38,576 nt of DNA from Acutalibacteraceae bacterium. GTDB lineage: Bacteria; Bacillota; Clostridia; Oscillospirales; Acutalibacteraceae. The stretch is from the NCBI GenBank assembly GCA_045642785.1, contig JAZUJM010000179.1, positions 1 to 38,576 of the forward strand, in the 5' to 3' direction. Within the stretch, counting starts at the first letter, position 1; each line of letters begins with the position of its first letter. Positions 1-8,997 of the stretch are shown piece after piece. The notes beneath the pieces were generated by a model. The model saw only the letters and a program-made list of their open reading frames with translations. It had not been told where the DNA came from and did no database searches. Both the position numbers and the translations under genes were made by a program.

Positions 1-1583
1 AGGAGGAAATGAAGAAGATAATCAAGGAAGATCTTGCCCTTGAACGCTTTGAAATGACCCCCGACGAGGCCATAGCATACTATGAAAACCTCGGCGAAAT
101 CTACAAAGTGGAGCTTGTTAAGGAGCACGCCGACAACGGTGAAAAAATCAGCTTCTACAAGCAGGGCGAGTTCACCGAGCTTTGCGCCGGCCCGCACATC
201 CCCTCCACCGGCAGAATCAAGGCTTTCAAGCTCACCTCCTGCACCGGTGCTTACTGGAGAGGCAATGAGAAAAACAAGATGCTTCAGCGAATCTACGCCA
301 CCGCTTTTTCAAAGAAGGATGACCTTGACGCCTATCTTGAATCCGTTGAAGAGGCAAAGAAGCGCGACCACAATAAGCTCGGCCGTGAGCTTGAGCTGTT
401 CACCACAAGCGACCTTATCGGCCAGGGCCTGCCCATTATGCTCCCCAACGGTGCAAGAATAATCCAGCTTCTTCAGCGCTTTGTTGAGGATACCGAGCAG
501 GCAAGGGGCTGGCAGCTCACAAAAACCCCGTTTATGGCAAAGAGCGACCTTTACAAGCTCTCCGGCCACTGGGATCATTACAAGGACGGTATGTTTGTGC
601 TCGGCGATGAAGAAAAGGATGACGAAGTTTTCGCCCTTCGCCCCATGACCTGCCCGTTCCAGTATCAGGCATATCTCAACAAGGCAAGAAGCTACCGCGA
701 CCTGCCCCTTCGTTACAACGAAACCTCCACCCTTTTCAGGAACGAGGCCTCCGGCGAAATGCACGGCCTTATCCGTGTTCGCCAGTTCACAATTTCCGAA
801 GGTCACCTTATGTGCACCCCCGAGCAGCTTGAGGACGAGTTTAAGAACTGCCTTGAGCTTGCGATTTACATGCTCAAGACCCTCGGCCTTTATGAGGATG
901 TCAGCTACCGCTTCTCTCAGTGGGATCCCGATGACAGAGCAAAGTACATCGGCACCGAGGAGCAGTGGGACGAGGCTCAGGGAATAATGAAGAAAATCCT
1001 TGACCACCTTGAAATCCCCTACAAAATCGGCGTCGGCGAAGCCGCATTCTACGGCCCGAAGCTTGACATTCAGATTAAGAACGTTTTCGGCAAGGAAGAC
1101 ACCCTTATCACCATTCAGATTGACCAGATGCTTGCTGAGAAATTCGGCATGGAATATGTTGCGGCAGACGGCACAAAGAAGAACCCCTACATCATTCACA
1201 GAACCTCAATCGGCTGCTACGAAAGAACGCTTGCCCTGCTTATCGAAAAATATGCAGGCGCCTTCCCGCTCTGGCTTGCACCCGAGCAGATAAGACTTCT
1301 CCCCATTGCCGACCGTCACCATGAAAAGGCAAGAGAGCTGCGCTCCAAGCTTGAAGCTGCCGGCTTCCGCGCAACGGTTGATGAAAGAAGCGAAAAAACC
1401 GGCTACAAGATTCGTGAAGCTCAGCTTAAAAAGATTCCCTATATGCTTCTTATCGGCGACAAAGAGATTGAAGACGGCACCGTTTCCGTTCGCAAGAGGG
1501 GCGAGGGTGACCTCGGTTCAATAGCATTTGATGAATTTGTTGCAAAGGCAAAGGCAATCAACGATTCCAAAGAGATATTTTAA
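1..1583 (+). CDS. thrS: Threonyl-tRNA synthetase, 5' end cut off by the window edge
   Basis: ELCAGPH editing-domain motif, RDHNKLG, LRPMTCP, FRNEASG, GEAAFYGPKLD, IIHR and a C-terminal anticodon-binding domain. The frame is open to the window start and the TGS domain is missing. Confidence 0.98.
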   Translation, partial: EEMKKIIKEDLALERFEMTPDEAIAYYENLGEIYKVELVKEHADNGEKISFYKQGEFTELCAGPHIPSTGRIKAFKLTSCTGAYWRGNEKNKMLQRIYATAFSKKDDLDAYLESVEEAKKRDHNKLGRELELFTTSDLIGQGLPIMLPNGARIIQLLQRFVEDTEQARGWQLTKTPFMAKSDLYKLSGHWDHYKDGMFVLGDEEKDDEVFALRPMTCPFQYQAYLNKARSYRDLPLRYNETSTLFRNEASGEMHGLIRVRQFTISEGHLMCTPEQLEDEFKNCLELAIYMLKTLGLYEDVSYRFSQWDPDDRAKYIGTEEQWDEAQGIMKKILDHLEIPYKIGVGEAAFYGPKLDIQIKNVFGKEDTLITIQIDQMLAEKFGMEYVAADGTKKNPYIIHRTSIGCYERTLALLIEKYAGAFPLWLAPEQIRLLPIADRHHEKARELRSKLEAAGFRATVDERSEKTGYKIREAQLKKIPYMLLIGDKEIEDGTVSVRKRGEGDLGSIAFDEFVAKAKAINDSKEIF

Positions 1584-1611
1584 ACCACAATAAAAAAGGA
1601 AGGAAGAAATT

Positions 1612-2637
1612 ATGACAACCATCAAAAAATCACTTGCCGTTATCCTTTCCGTTCTTATGATTGCCGCCTCCGGCGCAATCCTTGTTAATGCCGAGGGCGT
1701 TTTCACCGTTACATTTGACGCAAACGGCGGCACCTTTGCCGCAAATGCAGTTACCCTTAAGGCTGTTAACGAAGGCAGCGATATTACGGCAGAAGGCATT
1801 TCAACCCCCACCTGCACCTTTAAGGAATTTGCCGGCTGGGCACTTGACAAAGCCGCCGAAACCGGCGCTGTTGAAGCCACCGACATCATCGGCACCATGG
1901 GCAGCGAAAGCATGACCGTTTACGCCGTTTGGGCAGATGCAGCCTGCGGCGAAAACGCAACCTACACCGTTGCAAACGGACTTCTCACCATCAGCGGCTC
2001 GGGCGTTATAACCGGAAGCGAGGATTGGGCAAAGAACGCCGCCTCCATAGCCTCGGTTGCATTTGCAGAGGGCTGCACCTTTGACGGAATCGGCGAAAAG
2101 GCCTTTGCCGGGCTCACCGCTCTTAAAACAATCAATCTTTCCGCCGTTGCGGATATAGCCGCAGCCTCCGGGGCTTTTGAGGGCTGCACCGCACTTGAAA
2201 GCATAGTGCTCCCCGCCGGTGCAAAGGTTATTCCCGAAAAGTGCTTCAAAGGCTGCACCGCACTTAAGGATTTCTCCTTTGACGGAATAGAAGAAATCGG
2301 CGACGAGGCTTTTTACGGCTGCACAGCCATGCCCACCACCCTTGTTTTTGAAAAGGGCGTTGACATCAGGCTCAATCCCATCGGCTCGGCCTTCGGCTTC
2401 GGCACCGACGGAAAAGCCATCAAGGATTACACAATAGTAACCGACGGAGAAAGCCTTACCGAATATGCCAAAACAAACGGCTTCTATATGAGCCACACCA
2501 CCTACAGCTTCACCCGCACATTCTCATTTGCAAAGAGGATTATCCCCTCACTTTCAAAAATAATCCCCGCTTTCTGGAATATCATCGTTTCGGCTTTCAA
2601 CAGCGTTATTTCCGTTTTCAACAGAGTATCAAAATAA
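1612..2637 (+). CDS. Secreted BspA-type leucine-rich-repeat protein with an N-terminal Listeria-Bacteroides (InlB B-type) repeat
   Basis: Signal peptide (MTTIKKSLAVILSVLMIAA). FTVTFDANGG...FAGW...TVYAVW repeat, GLLTISGSG cap, LRR_5 units (IGEKAFAGLTALKTI, AFEGCTALESIVLP, IGDEAFYGC). RBS aaggaagg. Confidence 0.85.
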   Translation: MTTIKKSLAVILSVLMIAASGAILVNAEGVFTVTFDANGGTFAANAVTLKAVNEGSDITAEGISTPTCTFKEFAGWALDKAAETGAVEATDIIGTMGSESMTVYAVWADAACGENATYTVANGLLTISGSGVITGSEDWAKNAASIASVAFAEGCTFDGIGEKAFAGLTALKTINLSAVADIAAASGAFEGCTALESIVLPAGAKVIPEKCFKGCTALKDFSFDGIEEIGDEAFYGCTAMPTTLVFEKGVDIRLNPIGSAFGFGTDGKAIKDYTIVTDGESLTEYAKTNGFYMSHTTYSFTRTFSFAKRIIPSLSKIIPAFWNIIVSAFNSVISVFNRVSK

Positions 2638-2655
2638 AAAGCCATTAAAGCTTTC

Positions 2656-2692
2656 AGCTCCCGGCGTGAAATAATTCACGCCGGGAGCTTTT
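2656..2692 (+). terminator. Intrinsic terminator after thrS and the LRR gene
   Basis: Perfect 15-bp stem agctcccggcgtgaa/ttcacgccgggagct, 4-nt loop, followed by T residues. Confidence 0.85.
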
Positions 2693-2702
2693 AATTAAAA
2701 TG

Positions 2703-2735
2703 AAAAGCCCTGCGGTGCATTGAAACCGCAGGGCT
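2703..2735 (-). terminator. Intrinsic terminator of the minus-strand four-gene operon
   Basis: 11-bp stem agccctgcggt/accgcagggct with an A-tract on the left, which reads as a U-tract on the minus strand. Confidence 0.75.
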
Positions 2736-2820
2736 GAGTGAACACATTGACTTGAATGAAAACGGCAAATACTGTGAGCTCCGGAACGCTCAGGCGGTGT
2801 ATTATGCCTGAGATTGCAAG

Positions 2821-3552
2821 TTAATTCAGGAACGGAATAAATGCCCAGATTACGGCAAAAAATATTGTGGGCAGCATATTGGCAACCTTTAATCTGTTGC
2901 CGAAAACCTGATTGATTCCTATGCAGGCAATCAGCATTGAGCCGGTCAATGAAAGATTCGACAGAGCCGCGTCCGTAAGGACCGGCTCTATTGCTTTTGC
3001 AAGGGCGGTAAAGGTGCCCTGCACCACCGCCACGGGAATGGCGGAAAAAATGCACCCCTTGCCCATTGAGGCAGTCATAACCGTCACAATAATAACATCC
3101 AGCAGGGTTTTGACAGCAAGAATCGAATAATCGCCGTAGATTCCGTCTTTGATTGAGCCGACAATCGCCATGGCACCCACGCAAACGGTAACCGAGGCCG
3201 AAACAAAGCCTTCAACAAATGCGCGGTTTTTCTCCCCCGTGCTGCCCGTTTTTCTTTTAAGCCATTCGCCGAGCTTTTCAAAAAAGGCATCAATATTAAG
3301 AATCTCACCCAACAGCGAGCCGAGGGCAAAGCAGACTATCATCATCATTGTGCCCTGAGTCTGCAGCTTGCCGTTTTCGATAATAAAAATCTCCTGCAAA
3401 GCGCCGGAGGCACCTATAAACATAACGCAAAGGCCGACGGCCTTAATAAGTGTTTCCTGAAGCCTTTGATTCATCAGCTTTCCGAAAAGCAGGCCGATTA
3501 TTCCGCCGCCGATTATTCCGGCAACATTGATTATTGTTCCGAGTCCGACCAC
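2821..3552 (-). CDS. DUF554 (YdfK/YqgA-like) membrane protein
   Basis: GLGTIIN start, CVGAMAIVGSIKDG, K-x-x-LD and LKVANMLP motifs. The start is probably the GTG at 3552 rather than the ORF-track position 3573. Confidence 0.9.
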   Translation of the reverse strand: MVGLGTIINVAGIIGGGIIGLLFGKLMNQRLQETLIKAVGLCVMFIGASGALQEIFIIENGKLQTQGTMMMIVCFALGSLLGEILNIDAFFEKLGEWLKRKTGSTGEKNRAFVEGFVSASVTVCVGAMAIVGSIKDGIYGDYSILAVKTLLDVIIVTVMTASMGKGCIFSAIPVAVVQGTFTALAKAIEPVLTDAALSNLSLTGSMLIACIGINQVFGNRLKVANMLPTIFFAVIWAFIPFLN

Positions 3553-3556
3553 AGTA

Positions 3557-4849
3557 TTATTTTTCTCCCTCAATTATTACATCAATATTTTTTTCGATAA
3601 GGTCAAAAAAGCGGGAAACGATTTTTTTGTCTTCCTCTCCGCCGCGCACGCACATTGAAAGGGTCATTTCGTTTCGCATTGAGGTTACCGAAAGGAGCAT
3701 ATACGGCTTGTATTTAACCGCACCGCTCATAAACCCGTCAGTCGGCTCATGGCCGCAAAGGGCAAGCTTATCCGCCTCCAGCACGCCGATGTTGCTCATG
3801 GCAAGCATGGGGTTGGAGTAGCCTATTTTTATTATCTCCTCCGAAGCGGCGTGGGGCATAATCTTATAGCCGAGCGAAAGCAGGGGCAGGCCGTAAAGCC
3901 CCATAAATTTATCCTGCTTGAATTTATTTGAGCTTCTTGCGGTGTAGCGAAGGGTTTCAAAAATGTCGCGCCCGCGCTCCGGCACGCGGCATTGCATCCA
4001 CGCGGTCTGATTTGTAACGCCCGTGGAGGCCGCCGATTTCATATGCCGCCTTAAATCAATGGCACAGGATATTGTGACGCTTTCGGATTTATCAAAGCCC
4101 GCAAGCTCATAAATGCTGTAAAAGTAAGCGGCGGTGAGCACATCGTTAATGGTCGCGCCGTATTTTTTGCCGGCGGCCTTGATAAGCGGAAATTTCTGAG
4201 CACTTATCCTGCGGCGGGCAATAAATGAAGAATCGTTTTCATTTTCGGGCGCAAACGGGAAACGGTGGTCATCCTTTGAATTGATGTTTTTATAAAGATT
4301 CTTTGCCGCCTTCTGGTCGGCAGGTGAAAAATCGTTATACACCGATTCATAGCTTCTTGTGCCGCACCTGAAATCAAGCGGGCTTACGCCCTTTTCGATG
4401 TAGGCATTGTAGTTTTCACACAGCGCTTTTAAGAAATATTTAAAATCACCGCCGTCCATACACATATGGTTTTCAACAATGCAAAGCGTGCTTTTGCCGG
4501 AGTGCTTAAAAACGCACACCTTCATCTGAAGTGAGCCCTCCGGCGGCAGATATTGGGCCAAAAAGCGGTCAATTTCCTGCGCAAGCTCACTTTCCTCAAC
4601 GGATTTAACGGTAACAACCTCGTTGATATCATAATCCTTAACGCTCCAGTAGGGGCGGATATGATTGTCGGTAAAGCTTGAATGAAAAACCGGGGATTTT
4701 TCAAAAAAGCAGATGAAAACGGTTTTAAGAGCTTCAACATCTATTTCATAATCATAGTGAAGCTCGGCGTGAACCATACGGTCGTTATAATCGCGGAAAA
4801 GGTAGTGCATTTTATCCCACAATTCGGCCTTAAGCTTTAATTCGCTCAT
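3557..4849 (-). CDS. Stand-alone condensation-domain / CoA-dependent acyltransferase (alcohol acetyltransferase- or PapA5-like)
   Basis: NHMCMDG (HxxxDG) motif, GATINDVLTAA, AIDLRR and SNIG motifs typical of the CAT/condensation fold. 430 aa. Confidence 0.75.
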   Translation of the reverse strand: MSELKLKAELWDKMHYLFRDYNDRMVHAELHYDYEIDVEALKTVFICFFEKSPVFHSSFTDNHIRPYWSVKDYDINEVVTVKSVEESELAQEIDRFLAQYLPPEGSLQMKVCVFKHSGKSTLCIVENHMCMDGGDFKYFLKALCENYNAYIEKGVSPLDFRCGTRSYESVYNDFSPADQKAAKNLYKNINSKDDHRFPFAPENENDSSFIARRRISAQKFPLIKAAGKKYGATINDVLTAAYFYSIYELAGFDKSESVTISCAIDLRRHMKSAASTGVTNQTAWMQCRVPERGRDIFETLRYTARSSNKFKQDKFMGLYGLPLLSLGYKIMPHAASEEIIKIGYSNPMLAMSNIGVLEADKLALCGHEPTDGFMSGAVKYKPYMLLSVTSMRNEMTLSMCVRGGEEDKKIVSRFFDLIEKNIDVIIEGEK

Positions 4850-5640
4850 TCTTCCGCCTCCGTTTCCGCTTCATCTCTGCTGTTGATAATAAGCTTTGCA
4901 AGCACAATCGCGACATCCGCAATAACCGAAAGCAGTATAATCAGCCAACCCGGGTGCCACGGCAAAATGCCGGGAATACAAAGCGCCACATAAACCAGCG
5001 CGGTCTGAATCGGCAGATACAGCAGCACAAAGGTCAGCAGGAACCTTTGCCCGGAAAAATACGCATAAAGCTCATCGGCGGCAAGCATAAGAACAGCGCC
5101 GATAATGAAAGCAAGAAAACTGTATTTAACCCCGAACACAAGCAGCAGCACAAGGAAAACAAAGGTTGCCGCAAGCATAACGCATACCGCCAGCAAGAAT
5201 CTTGAAACCGGGTGAAAAATGCTCTTTCTTTTTGAAAGACGGTTAATCGCAATGGCGGAATAATAAATTGCAAGCAGGCTGAACCCGCCCTCCAATATAA
5301 GCCAGCTGTGTTTTATATCGGTGCAGAAAAGCACCGCAAGAAAAGCGCAGACGACAACAAGTGAATAAAGAACGGTGCCGAGCAGGTTGAATTTAACAAA
5401 ATTCGCCGCTCTTTTTTTCTTCCTTTCGCTTTCAACAAGCTTTTGAAATTCGCCGGGAATATCCGGGTGCTCGCCTATGATAAGGTCGCAAAGCACATTG
5501 TCATCCCTGAGCCCGCGCGCCGTAAGCTCATCGGCACGGGCAGCGGTCTGCTCAACCAGCCCCGTTTTGAATTTGCGTGCAAGGGCGGTGTCGGGCAGGC
5601 CTGCGAAGGCGGAATTTAAATAATCGTTGACCTTCTTCAT
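4846..5640 (-). CDS. Membrane protein with an N-terminal soluble helical (permease-prefix/HAAS-like) domain and about 6 TM helices
   Basis: Starts MKKVNDYLNSAFAGLP...ADELTARG, then hydrophobic segments ending in PWHPGWLII. ATGA overlap with the downstream gene. Confidence 0.6.
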   Translation of the reverse strand: MKKVNDYLNSAFAGLPDTALARKFKTGLVEQTAARADELTARGLRDDNVLCDLIIGEHPDIPGEFQKLVESERKKKRAANFVKFNLLGTVLYSLVVVCAFLAVLFCTDIKHSWLILEGGFSLLAIYYSAIAINRLSKRKSIFHPVSRFLLAVCVMLAATFVFLVLLLVFGVKYSFLAFIIGAVLMLAADELYAYFSGQRFLLTFVLLYLPIQTALVYVALCIPGILPWHPGWLIILLSVIADVAIVLAKLIINSRDEAETEAEE

Positions 5641-5650
5641 AAAATCACCT

Positions 5651-6424
5651 TTAATCGGTTCGTTTGTCGTTAATAAAAATCACAATTCGCGCAACTATCA
5701 GGAAAAGCCCTATGCCCGCAATAAGCAGGGGCAGCATAAGCACATAACCCAGAGCGGCGTTATATTCCCTTTCACCCATAAACAGTTCAAAAACAAATTC
5801 GGGGTTATAGAACGGATAGGCGAAAAACGCCGGGTCGGAAACAGCGCCGCGCACAATGGAAAACAGCGAATAAACAAGCGGGTAAATACCGAACAGCGGC
5901 AGTACGCGGTGATTGATTTTTCTGTTCGTGAACGGAAAAAACCAAAGTATTACCATAAACGGCGGCACTATCATATGGTGAAACACCTGAATAAACGATG
6001 CCATACTGTGAGCGGCGGTATCCCACTTGAAGGGCGGAGTAAAACCAAGCGGTATTCCGCAGCAGTAAACCGCGCCGGTAACTATGATATAGGTGGTAAC
6101 AAGCGCACCCACCGTGGGGTTAAAGGCAATCTTTTTTGCCCGCGCGCTGCCGAAAATAGCAAAGGCGCAGGTGAGAAGATAAAAGCACACAAATATGTTT
6201 GACTGCACGGTGAAATAGGAAAGAATGTTATATTTGCCATAGTCAATCGGGCTGAACTCGGGGTCATATTCAAAAACATAGTATGAAAGCCGGTGAACAA
6301 TAACCAGCACGCCGAAAACGCCCATTATCAGAAGCAGCACTCCGAGCAGCTTACTGCCCGCGGCACCCGTTTCCCTTTCGGTGCGGGAAAAGCCGAGCTG
6401 AGATTTATATTTTTTATGAGCCAC
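5651..6424 (-). CDS. Pr6Pr-family (FAR-17a/AIG1-like) membrane protein
   Basis: LSYFTVQSN, TGAVY, HHMIVP, YPLVYSLFSIVRG and YPFYNP motifs. GTG start after an aggggg RBS. Confidence 0.8.
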   Translation of the reverse strand: MAHKKYKSQLGFSRTERETGAAGSKLLGVLLLIMGVFGVLVIVHRLSYYVFEYDPEFSPIDYGKYNILSYFTVQSNIFVCFYLLTCAFAIFGSARAKKIAFNPTVGALVTTYIIVTGAVYCCGIPLGFTPPFKWDTAAHSMASFIQVFHHMIVPPFMVILWFFPFTNRKINHRVLPLFGIYPLVYSLFSIVRGAVSDPAFFAYPFYNPEFVFELFMGEREYNAALGYVLMLPLLIAGIGLFLIVARIVIFINDKRTD

Positions 6425-6449
6425 GATAACCGCCCCCTTTTATTATAAT

Positions 6450-6478
6450 ATTTTATGTCATTTATCCGATTTTGTCAA
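6450..6478 (-). promoter_or_regulatory. Sigma-A promoter of the Pr6Pr operon
   Basis: TTGACA-17 nt-TAAAAT on the minus strand. Confidence 0.7.
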
Positions 6479-6621
6479 AGGTTTTAGGTTTTTTTACCCG
6501 TTGAAGCCGTTTAATAAGCGAATAAATCAGCCGATTATGGGCAAAATAAACAAAGTTTAATGATTCGGTTTCCAATGGTTTTGGAATACAAGCCGAATTT
6601 TTAAAAGCGGCATCTTTATCG

Positions 6622-6649
6622 TTGACGATTTTCGTATTTGTGATATAAT
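6622..6649 (+). promoter_or_regulatory. Sigma-A promoter of ptsH
   Basis: TTGACG-16 nt-TATAAT with an extended -10 TG. Confidence 0.7.
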
Positions 6650-6712
6650 ATCCATGTTTGGAAAAATGATTATTGTTCTCGAAAAAAATTAATCTCAGGA
6701 GCGCAGATAAAG

Positions 6713-6976
6713 ATGTTTGTTAAAGATGTTGTTGTTCAGAATCAGGTGGGTCTTCACGCCCGCCCCGCAACCTTTTTCATTCAGAAGGCTAACGAATTCA
6801 AATCTTCCATATGGATTGATAAGGACGAGCGCAAAGTAAACGCCAAAAGCCTTTTGGGCGTTCTCTCACTCGGCATCATCGGCGGCACAAGCATCCGCAT
6901 TGCCGCTAACGGCCCCGATGAAGAGGAAGCGGTCAATGAGCTTGTTAAGCTTGTTGACTCGGGATTTGCTGATTAA
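6713..6976 (+). CDS. ptsH: Phosphocarrier protein HPr
   Basis: GLHARPA (His15) and NAKSLL (Ser46) motifs, 87 aa. Confidence 0.95.
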   Translation: MFVKDVVVQNQVGLHARPATFFIQKANEFKSSIWIDKDERKVNAKSLLGVLSLGIIGGTSIRIAANGPDEEEAVNELVKLVDSGFAD

Positions 6977-6988
6977 CAGTCCCGCAAC

Positions 6989-7020
6989 GGCAGGTGACGC
7001 TTTTAGCCACCTGCCTTTTT
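6989..7020 (+). terminator. Intrinsic terminator after ptsH
   Basis: ggcaggtg/cacctgcc stem followed by ttttt. Confidence 0.75.
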
Positions 7021-7049
7021 ATTTTTTTATCAAGTGAGGTGAGAGCGCT

Positions 7050-8900
7050 TTGAACGAAAAGATGAAGGAGCTGCGCAAAAAGGCAATGGCTCTGCCGCTG
7101 ACCCCCGGCGTTTACATTATGAAAAACAAAAAGGGTGAAATTATCTATATCGGCAAGGCGAAGGCGCTCAAAAACCGTGTGAGCCAGTATTTCGGCTCAC
7201 AGAACAACCACGGAATCAAGGTTCGCCGAATGGTGGAGAATGTTGATGATTTTGATTATATTCTCACCGACAGCGAATTTGAGGCCCTTGTGCTTGAGTG
7301 CAGCCTTATCAAGCAGCACTCACCGAAATACAACATTCTTTTAAAGGATGACAAGGGCTACTACTATATCAAAATCACCCCCGCGCCGTGGAAAAACATT
7401 TTTGCAGTCAAGCAAAAATTAAATGACGGCGCGGAATATATAGGCCCCTACACCGGGTCACACGCGGTTTCCGAAACGGTGGATGAAGCAAAGAAGCTTT
7501 TTCTTCTGCCCGCCTGTTCAAAGCAGTTTCCGCGTGATTTCGGCAAAAGCCGCCCCTGCCTCAATTATTTTATCTCCCAATGTGCCGCCCCCTGCGCCGG
7601 AAAAACCACCGAGTCGGCTCACAATGAGGCTGTGGAGCAGGCAATCTCCTTTATTGTTAACGGAAGCGACGGCATTATTAAATCCCTCACCGAAAAAATG
7701 ACCGCCGCCGCCGAAAATCTTGAATTTGAAAAGGCCGCAAAGCTCCGTGACAGAATCAGCGCCATAAAGAAAACGGGCGAAAAGCAAAAGGTTGTCAGCG
7801 CCGGGGTTAAGGAGCAGGATGTTTTTGCCGTTGTGGGCGCGGGTGAGGGCGATGAAAACGCCAAAGCCTGCCTTTCGGTTCTTCGCTTTTCCGGCGGAAG
7901 ACTTTATGACAGCGAGTATTTTCTTATTGATTATCCCGATGATATGCCCTCCGCCCGCCACGAGCTTATCCGCAACTATTACTCAATGCGCCGCAACATT
8001 CCGCCGCGCGTTACCGTTGACGGCGAGGTTGCTGACTGTGAGCTTATAGAAAGCTGGCTTTCCTCATTGGCACAAAGAAAGGTTTCCGTTTTCACCCCCC
8101 AGCGCGGTGAACAGAAAAAGCTGCTTGAAATGTGCCGCAGCAATGCCGCGCAGAAGCTTGCACTCAGCCTCGGGCGCAACGGTCACACAACAGCCGCGCT
8201 TGATGAGCTTGCCGCCCTGCTCGGTATGAAGATTCCGCCCGATTACATTGAGGCATATGATATTTCTCACACCGCGGGCAGCGACAATGTTGCCGGTATG
8301 GTGGTTTTCCGCTCCGGCGTACCCTACAAAAAAGCCTACAAGCGTTTTTCAATCAAATCCTTTTCCGGCCAGGATGATTATGCCTCCATGGCAGAGGTGC
8401 TTGACCGCAGAATGGCAAGGTATGAGGAGGAAAAGGAAACGGGCGAGGGCTTCGGCAGGCTGCCCGACCTTATTCTGCTTGACGGCGGCGTGGGGCAGGT
8501 AAACGCAGTCAAAGCCGTGCTTGAGCGCCGCAATATCACCGTGCCGCTTTTCGGTATGGTAAAGGATAATCACCACCGAACCCGCGCCATAACGGGCGAC
8601 GGCGGCGAAATTGCTCTCACCTCAAAGCGCGCGGCATTCACGCTTGTTTCCTCCATTCAGGAGGAGGTTCACCGATTTTCGGTAAAATATCACCGTGAAA
8701 AGCACCGCTCCGCCTCGCTCTCATCCTCACTTACCGATATTGAAGGGGTCGGCAAAACAAGGGCCGCCGCCCTTCTGCGCCGCTTCAAAACGCTCAAAGC
8801 AATATCGGAGGCAGACATTGATGAGCTTGCCGCGGTGCCCGGAATGAATAAAAAAGCCGCCGAAGCTGTTAAAAAGGCGTTTTGCGGTGATAATATTTGA
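7050..8900 (+). CDS. uvrC: Excinuclease ABC subunit C
   Basis: GIY-YIG domain (PGVY...IIYIGKAK), UVR domain (LEFEKAAKLRD), RNase H-like domain (IEAYDISH, LLDGG) and C-terminal HhH. TTG start after gaggtg. Confidence 0.97.
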   Translation: MNEKMKELRKKAMALPLTPGVYIMKNKKGEIIYIGKAKALKNRVSQYFGSQNNHGIKVRRMVENVDDFDYILTDSEFEALVLECSLIKQHSPKYNILLKDDKGYYYIKITPAPWKNIFAVKQKLNDGAEYIGPYTGSHAVSETVDEAKKLFLLPACSKQFPRDFGKSRPCLNYFISQCAAPCAGKTTESAHNEAVEQAISFIVNGSDGIIKSLTEKMTAAAENLEFEKAAKLRDRISAIKKTGEKQKVVSAGVKEQDVFAVVGAGEGDENAKACLSVLRFSGGRLYDSEYFLIDYPDDMPSARHELIRNYYSMRRNIPPRVTVDGEVADCELIESWLSSLAQRKVSVFTPQRGEQKKLLEMCRSNAAQKLALSLGRNGHTTAALDELAALLGMKIPPDYIEAYDISHTAGSDNVAGMVVFRSGVPYKKAYKRFSIKSFSGQDDYASMAEVLDRRMARYEEEKETGEGFGRLPDLILLDGGVGQVNAVKAVLERRNITVPLFGMVKDNHHRTRAITGDGGEIALTSKRAAFTLVSSIQEEVHRFSVKYHREKHRSASLSSSLTDIEGVGKTRAAALLRRFKTLKAISEADIDELAAVPGMNKKAAEAVKKAFCGDNI

Positions 8901-8929
8901 CAGCAGGTCTGTTTTTTCTTTTCGCGGGC

Positions 8930-8959
8930 TTGACAATTAATGTATAAAAATGGCATAAT
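8930..8959 (+). promoter_or_regulatory. Putative sigma-A promoter of rsmD
   Basis: TTGACA-18 nt-CATAAT with a TG extension. Confidence 0.5.
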
Positions 8960-8997
8960 AAGATGATTATTTATGTTGATTCAAAGGGGGGCACAAA

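Noticed and set aside
309-1199. 296-aa antisense ORF, and similar long shadow ORFs such as 1801-2496, 12687-13514, 24292-25017 and 34139-34933
   Set aside because: They lie wholly opposite well-supported genes, have no recognisable motifs, and are explained by codon bias on the coding strand.
2656-2812. Three consecutive hairpins considered as a CRISPR array, REP family or tRNA
   Set aside because: The stems share no sequence, there is no repeat-spacer period and no cloverleaf. Two of them are explained as terminators.
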